The position numbers and the translations under genes were made by a program. Shown here one piece after another: positions 54,588 to 64,000 of a stretch of DNA of 64,000 nucleotides; positions within the stretch are counted from its first letter, which is position 1; each line of letters starts with the position of its first letter. The notes under the pieces are model-generated. The model was given only the letters and a program-made list of their open reading frames with translations, had not been told where the DNA came from and did not search any database. The stretch comes from the human T2T-CHM13v2.0 reference genome, Homo sapiens. The DNA lies in the NCBI RefSeq assembly GCF_009914755.1, contig NC_060942.1; one strand, given 5' to 3'.

Positions 54588-55547
54588 TCTTAGAGAAAGA
54601 GGGCTTAATCCCCTTCTAAAACAACCAAGCAACTGCACTGAAGATGTGGTTGTTATATAACTCTTCCATGCTCGAGTCCTACAACTGCATTAACGGGTGT
54701 GTTGAGTTTTCTTTCCTTGATATTTGAAAATTCCAGATGCATTATTTTGTGAAACTAATATTCGTTTAATCTTTCTACTTAGACCACTAGTCTTCTCCTG
54801 GGATCCTGTCTTTCACCTTCAAAATCTGTGACTCACAATAAATTAAGTGCATTTTCCCATGGATTGCTGCCAGTTAACAGATTACTGGTTAAAAAAACCT
54901 CAGGCTAAAAGACTTACCTAAGCCACAGACGGTATCAGTGTGCAAACGGGATTTAGAGCTGTTTTTCATCTATAACACCTGAGCTCAGAACAAGAGTGGC
55001 TTTAAAGGGGATGCTACTCTGCCCTGCTCATGGTTTTGCAAACGCATGTTGATCTTACACATGAAAGAGATGCACACGACTTGAAAATACCTAAATACAC
55101 ATGCACTTAATTCAAAACTGTGTTGTGCATGATGAATAGCGCATTAGTAAGCCCCAGTCTGACACCCCTCTATTCCAGAATGTGAAGTGAAAGCTTTAGT
55201 CAAGGGTCTCCATCTCCTCTCCCTCCAGACAGAACACACCTGAGACCAAGGTCTGAACGTTCATGTTCCGTTTGTTTGAATATAAAAGTGTATACAGCAA
55301 AATATATTTAAAACTTCTCACTTGGAAAGGTTTCAACATTTTGCCATTTTTATATCCCAGGACTCTCAAAATACAAGGTTTTTCCGTGAAATATTAAATG
55401 TACGTAACAGAAACTTAAGCTTGTCAATTAATAAACAATAATTCTATTCTACTCTATATGGTCAGCCTCAAGAAAAAGTAATACGATCCCAGCTCTTCAT
55501 TAAACCTCTAAGACATGATTGGCCTGTGGGTCTATGATGCCTCTAGA

Positions 55548-55785
55548 ACAGAATTTGGTGAACTATAGCCCATGCACTAAATCTGTATACACACATACAC
55601 CCCTACTGCCTGTTTTTGTAAATAAAGTTTTACTGGAACACAGCTCCCCTCATTGTTTATGTAATATCTATGGCTGCTCTCACACTACAACAGCGGAGTT
55701 GAATAGCAGCAAAAGACAGAGTTTGGCCTACAAAGCCTGAAAAATTTACTACCTAACCCTTTACAGAACTAATGTCAACCCCTGG
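55548..55785. mobile_element. MER58A hAT element
   Basis: 'actgcctgtttttgtaaataaagttttactggaacacagc…ccctttacagaa…aacccctg'. Confidence 0.85.
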
Positions 55786-56730
55786 CCTAGTGTAGTGTCT
55801 ACTCTAGTATTGCAGTCTAGTCCAGCCCAAGCATTAAGCAGCACAATGCCTTCATAATGACTGCCATCAGAAGAATCCACAAAGACACTCACTGCTTCAC
55901 CATTTCTAATATTAAAAAACTAGAAATCACCTACGTGTCCCAGAATGTTGGTCAAGGTAGTTTATGACTTAATAAAATACTCTTCAGTTACTAAAATAAT
56001 ATAGACAAGTATTTATGATGATAAAGTAAATAAAAAGAGGGCATTATAAATATATGATGTACAGTACGGTCACATCTTGCTAAATACATACAGAGTGAAT
56101 ATTTAATAGTCATACAGACAAAATTGGCCTGGCTGGTCGCTCACACCTGTAATCCCAGCACTCTGGGAGGTTGAGGCAGGAGGACTGCTTGACCCCAAGA
56201 GTTCAAGACAAGCCTGAGCAACACAGTAAGACCTCGTCTCTATTTTTTTTTTAAGAAGACAGAGAGAGACAAAATATTGGGTGGTAAGATTATTCATAAT
56301 GTTTTAAGGTTTTTTTTGTTGCCTATCCGTATTCTCTAAAATGATCCCATTTATTTTATATAAATATGATCTAAAGTTACTTAGTAGAATTTAAAGACTT
56401 TCATTTAATTTTAATAATATTAAGCCTACTTATATTAATGAGTTGCTGCTAGAAAAACACACAAATGAAATAATTTTTCTTCTAGGATTCCAAACTGAAT
56501 CAGTTCTTCAGTTTCTATCAAATCCCAACCCTCAGTGCATATGGCTGAGGTGGGGAGAGGGGCTGGGAGGGGCAAGGAGAAATGGAATGGGCCCTGCTTG
56601 GCAGGCTGCCAGATGAAGAAGGTATCTAATGCCCATCCCCAACTAACCTCAGGTTACACAGCACTCAGTCATCATACCCATGATCATATAGCAAAAAACA
56701 ATAAACACACAATAAGAAAATTTTGGTTCT

Positions 56731-57689
<959 letters not shown>

Positions 57690-58399
57690 TCATCAAACAA
57701 TGTGTGATCTAGCAGAAAGGTCATGGAGTTAAATAGGTCCCAGCTACTTTCTCTCACTCTGCCTGATGTTAAAGGGTGCTGTTTCTATGTACTCATCTCG
57801 ATAACTTCCCTTTATAGAGTCTTCTGTTGCCTCTGTACAGAGGAAGACTTGGGAGCGGTTGTGACTCCTGTTACTAAAGAGGACCCTTGCAACAATGCCA
57901 TGCCTACTGCCAGCCACCAGCAACAGAAGAGGTGAGGTATGAAACGTGTACTTCACTTCTTTAATAGATGATAAATCCTGTTACTTCTTTTATAATTACG
58001 TTCACTGTGTTAAGGGATGAAAAACAATACTCTAGCTTCCTATAGAAATTCTTGGTAGACCAGTTATTCGTTATCCTGTACAGAACATACATTTCATAGG
58101 CATAATTATGTTAGGTTCGTAAATACATTTCCAGCATATATAATTTGTGTTATGTGACATATTCCAGAACCAAATTCTTAACACAATTTGCAGACTGTTT
58201 GTACTCAACTCTGTGTCTTTTAACAATAGCCCTGTTGCAGGGAAGGATCCAGTGGGGAAGGAGGGTGTAAAATCTATGGTTTAACAGCTATTGAAAGGAA
58301 GCCAAGAAAATAGCTCCTTCCACACTGGCTTTTCCCAGCACCTTTCCTCCCAGGCAGCTTGTGTCTATTGGTGTCTGCATCGATAAAGAGAAATTCTTA

Positions 58400-58582
<183 letters not shown>

Positions 58583-60559
58583 CTAGCTAGAAAGTAATTT
58601 CTTCTGAAGAGGTCCTCAGAGCATAATTCCTGACTTTAAAATTTAAAGAGATCCCATGGCAGAAATGATTTTCCTAGCATTTCTCTGCAGGCAGGTAAAG
58701 GAACTTAAGCCCTCTCCAAGGGGATGGGGTGGAGGATCGCTCCCCTAGGATGGCCGATGAGAGCCTGCAGAGAAGCATTTTAGAAACTACACACACCTCC
58801 TCTCCCCACCTCGGCTGCAGATTTTGATACAATCCCTCACAAGAACCCCTGCACGAGACCAACATGACTGACAGTAGCGTGCTGCTCCTGTGGAAGGAGA
58901 AGGGGCTGCAGAAAAGTGAAAAGCCGCCGATTTCGGGAGTGGCGAGTGGGCCAGTTTCCAAATAGCTGCAGTTCTCCTTTCTGCCTCCAAGCCTTCTTCG
59001 GAAAGCACTCGTGCTGAGAACCCAGTACTGCCCTTGAACCTTGACAAGGGGCCTCTGCTTCCCAGGGCCTGTTCTGGCCCTCCTCCCACTGCACCCCACC
59101 CCACGGGGTATGCAGTCTCTACCACCAAGGAGACATGCCACCCCAGGAGTCCACATCCCACGTGCCAGACCAGGCTCCCAGCGCCCCAGGATTCCCTGTC
59201 CCCCAAGCTCCACACCCACTCCCAGGGTCTGTGCAGGCATTTTTTCAGATCCATCCTCCTGAGGGAGGTTGTGCCATCAGTGGATCAAGTCTTGACCTGA
59301 ATGGTGGCCAAGGGATAGATAGCTGTTTGCAGGGGCAAGAGTGGAACTGGGCATGAAGACCAGAGAGTCCATCCAGGCTGTCTGTGAGGCTCCCCACAAG
59401 GCCAGAAAGAGCCGGCGGCAAGAAGAGAAGCAGGAAAGCATGTCAGTCAGAGGCAACTCTCCAAAGGCCTCTACACTTCTGCAGGAACTCAGAGAGTTCA
59501 AGAGCTCATCCTTCCAGGTTGTGATCAAGGTCTATTTGTCAACATAGGAGGACAGAACATATTTCCCAGTTTGTTAGCTTGCTATATCCCACATACCATA
59601 TATGTGCCTTCAAGTATACCCTTGTCCTGGGCCCCACAGGAGGTGGCAGTGGGTCTGAAGAACCCACCTGAATTGAGGAGATCATGTGCCATACTCAGCT
59701 GTCATATGAAGAGTACTGGTCCTTAAACAGCCAGTGAAATGAAACTGAAGCCATATAGGAAGTACTGAAGATGGCCATGTGAGACGGTGGTTACTGTGGT
59801 GCCTGGTGCTATGCACATGACCTCTTCCCCATTCTCAAACCAGCCGGTTAGAAACCAGCTTGCGATCAGTCTCCTTCTGCCCTCCTCCTCCTAAGAGGCA
59901 AAGGTGCCCTGAGGAGGAATTCAGGCTGTGGGTTAAGCAGCTCTGACTCTGAATTCAGCTCTGCCACTTACTAGCAATGTGACCTGGGGCCAGGTCTTCC
60001 TGAGCCTGAGTTTCCCCACCTGTAAAATGACACCTTGCTACAGGGATTCTTGAAAGGAGTAGAGCAGAGGAGTGAAGCGTTCTGCAGTGTCCACCATGTG
60101 ATTAGTACTGGTGTTAGTTTCAATTGTCAGTTTCTAGAGGACGGGAACTATACCTGCTCTGATTTTATCACCTAGCATGTCTGTAAAATATAAGAGAATT
60201 ATATCTCCAGGCCATTAGATTTCCAACCACCCAGATTGTACACATTCCTAGCACAGCCAATCATGTCAGCTTATGCTGAATAATCTTTACCAACTCAAAG
60301 TGGAAGTGCAAAGATTCCATAAAGAAGTTCAATTCCATCTGGTTTGAGTTGGTGTTTTAAAAAAAAAAAAATTCAATTCCAAGGCTCAAACCAACTCACA
60401 TCTCCTTTTTTACATAAGTTTAATTCTGAACTTCATCGTGGGATTTAACCAGGTTCCTAATCATGCTGCAATGGCCCTAATTCCTTATGAGTGAGATTGT
60501 ATCGGATTCCATGGGGCATGAGAATGAAACCTTGGCATTCCACAGTTTGACTGCTGGTA

Positions 60560-60788
60560 CAAGTTTAGCATCCCAAATGTGAAAATCCAAAATCCAAAAT
60601 GCTCCAAAACCTGAAACTTTTTGAGCACTGACATGACACTCAAAGAAAATGCTCATTGGTGCATTTTGAATTTTAGATTTTCAGATTTGGAATGCTCAAT
60701 CTGTAAGTAAGTATATTCCAAAACCTAAAAAAAATCTGTCCAAAACACCTCTGGTCCCAAGCATTCAGGATAAGGGGTACTCAACCTG
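60560..60788. mobile_element. Tigger4/MER46-like TcMar MITE
   Basis: ta|caagtttagcatccc…ggggtactcaacctg|ta; terminal inverted repeats and TA TSD. Confidence 0.8.
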
Positions 60789-60834
60789 TAATAAAATGAC
60801 ATTTCCTCCTTCAAACCTAAAAAAAGGAAGGAGT

Positions 60835-63385
<2,551 letters not shown>

Positions 63386-64000
63386 ACGTTTAAAGTTTGG
63401 AAAGAAAAAGGCACCAAGAAAAAAAATAATTCATATAGATAGCTAAACAGACAGATAATATATGGCCCACCCCCGGAAGCTTCTTATTAATTCTGTAATA
63501 TGCTAAATACATAAAGTATAAAACTTTGCTTTTCCACTTTTACTTTCAGAACTCATTTTCGGAAATAATCCTCAGTGTTTTCTCACACAGAAGTTGATCT
63601 TTTCCTATCAACCAAAATGATGAAGTATTATAACTATGCCTTCAAATCAAAGTCTGTAACACAAATAAGACTCCAAATCTACTTCTGCTAGCGTTTCTGA
63701 ATCTTTCCACTTTTAACCTAGACTACAAATAATGTAAAGTTTCACATATTGTTCCACGACCTCAAATCTAGGACCTGTCAGACTTTATTTGCCACAGGAA
63801 AGGTCAGTGAAAGAAAAGATTAGTTCAATACTTCTTTCAGCCCCACGACTGGCACTGTGCTGCCTCTTCTTAAAAAACAATGCCCTTTGTCCCCCAGCGC
63901 CCTTAGTGAGCTAGCCTCATTGTACACTGGGTCCTTAGTATTTTCCTAACAAAGGCACGTCTAATGAGATATGGAGGTTCAGAGGGGATTCCCTCCACTC

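Noticed and set aside
58674-59547. 188-aa and 155-aa overlapping ORFs in GC-rich intron 1
   Set aside because: No recognisable domain; long ORFs in several frames are expected from GC content
63890-63912. Possible CTCF motif near the right edge
   Set aside because: Core spacing does not fit the consensus

Overview
Primate, almost certainly human, genomic DNA containing most of the ferrochelatase gene FECH on the minus strand. Exons 2-11 were located base by base from GT/AG boundaries and join in frame into the known protein (…[16 protein letters not shown]…[11 protein letters not shown]). Exon 1 and the promoter lie beyond the right edge. Roughly 1-22 kb is intergenic and repeat-rich (Alu, L1, L2, MIR, Tigger1, MER63, MaLR and ERVL LTRs, microsatellites). 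Nearly all ORFs in the supplied track are spurious or repeat-derived. I see no novel protein-coding system. The most interesting signals are non-coding: (i) two templated-insertion DNA-repair scars near 16-20.7 kb, one with a fold-back hairpin junction; (ii) a 156-nt latent poison exon in intron 4; (iii) the disease-relevant intron 3 acceptor region, with an unexpected hairpin; (iv) a convergent pair of CTCF motifs around exon 7; (v) inverted Alus and a transposon-derived candidate poly(A) signal in the long 3' UTR. Repeat subfamily names come from recalled consensus sequences and repeat boundaries are approximate.
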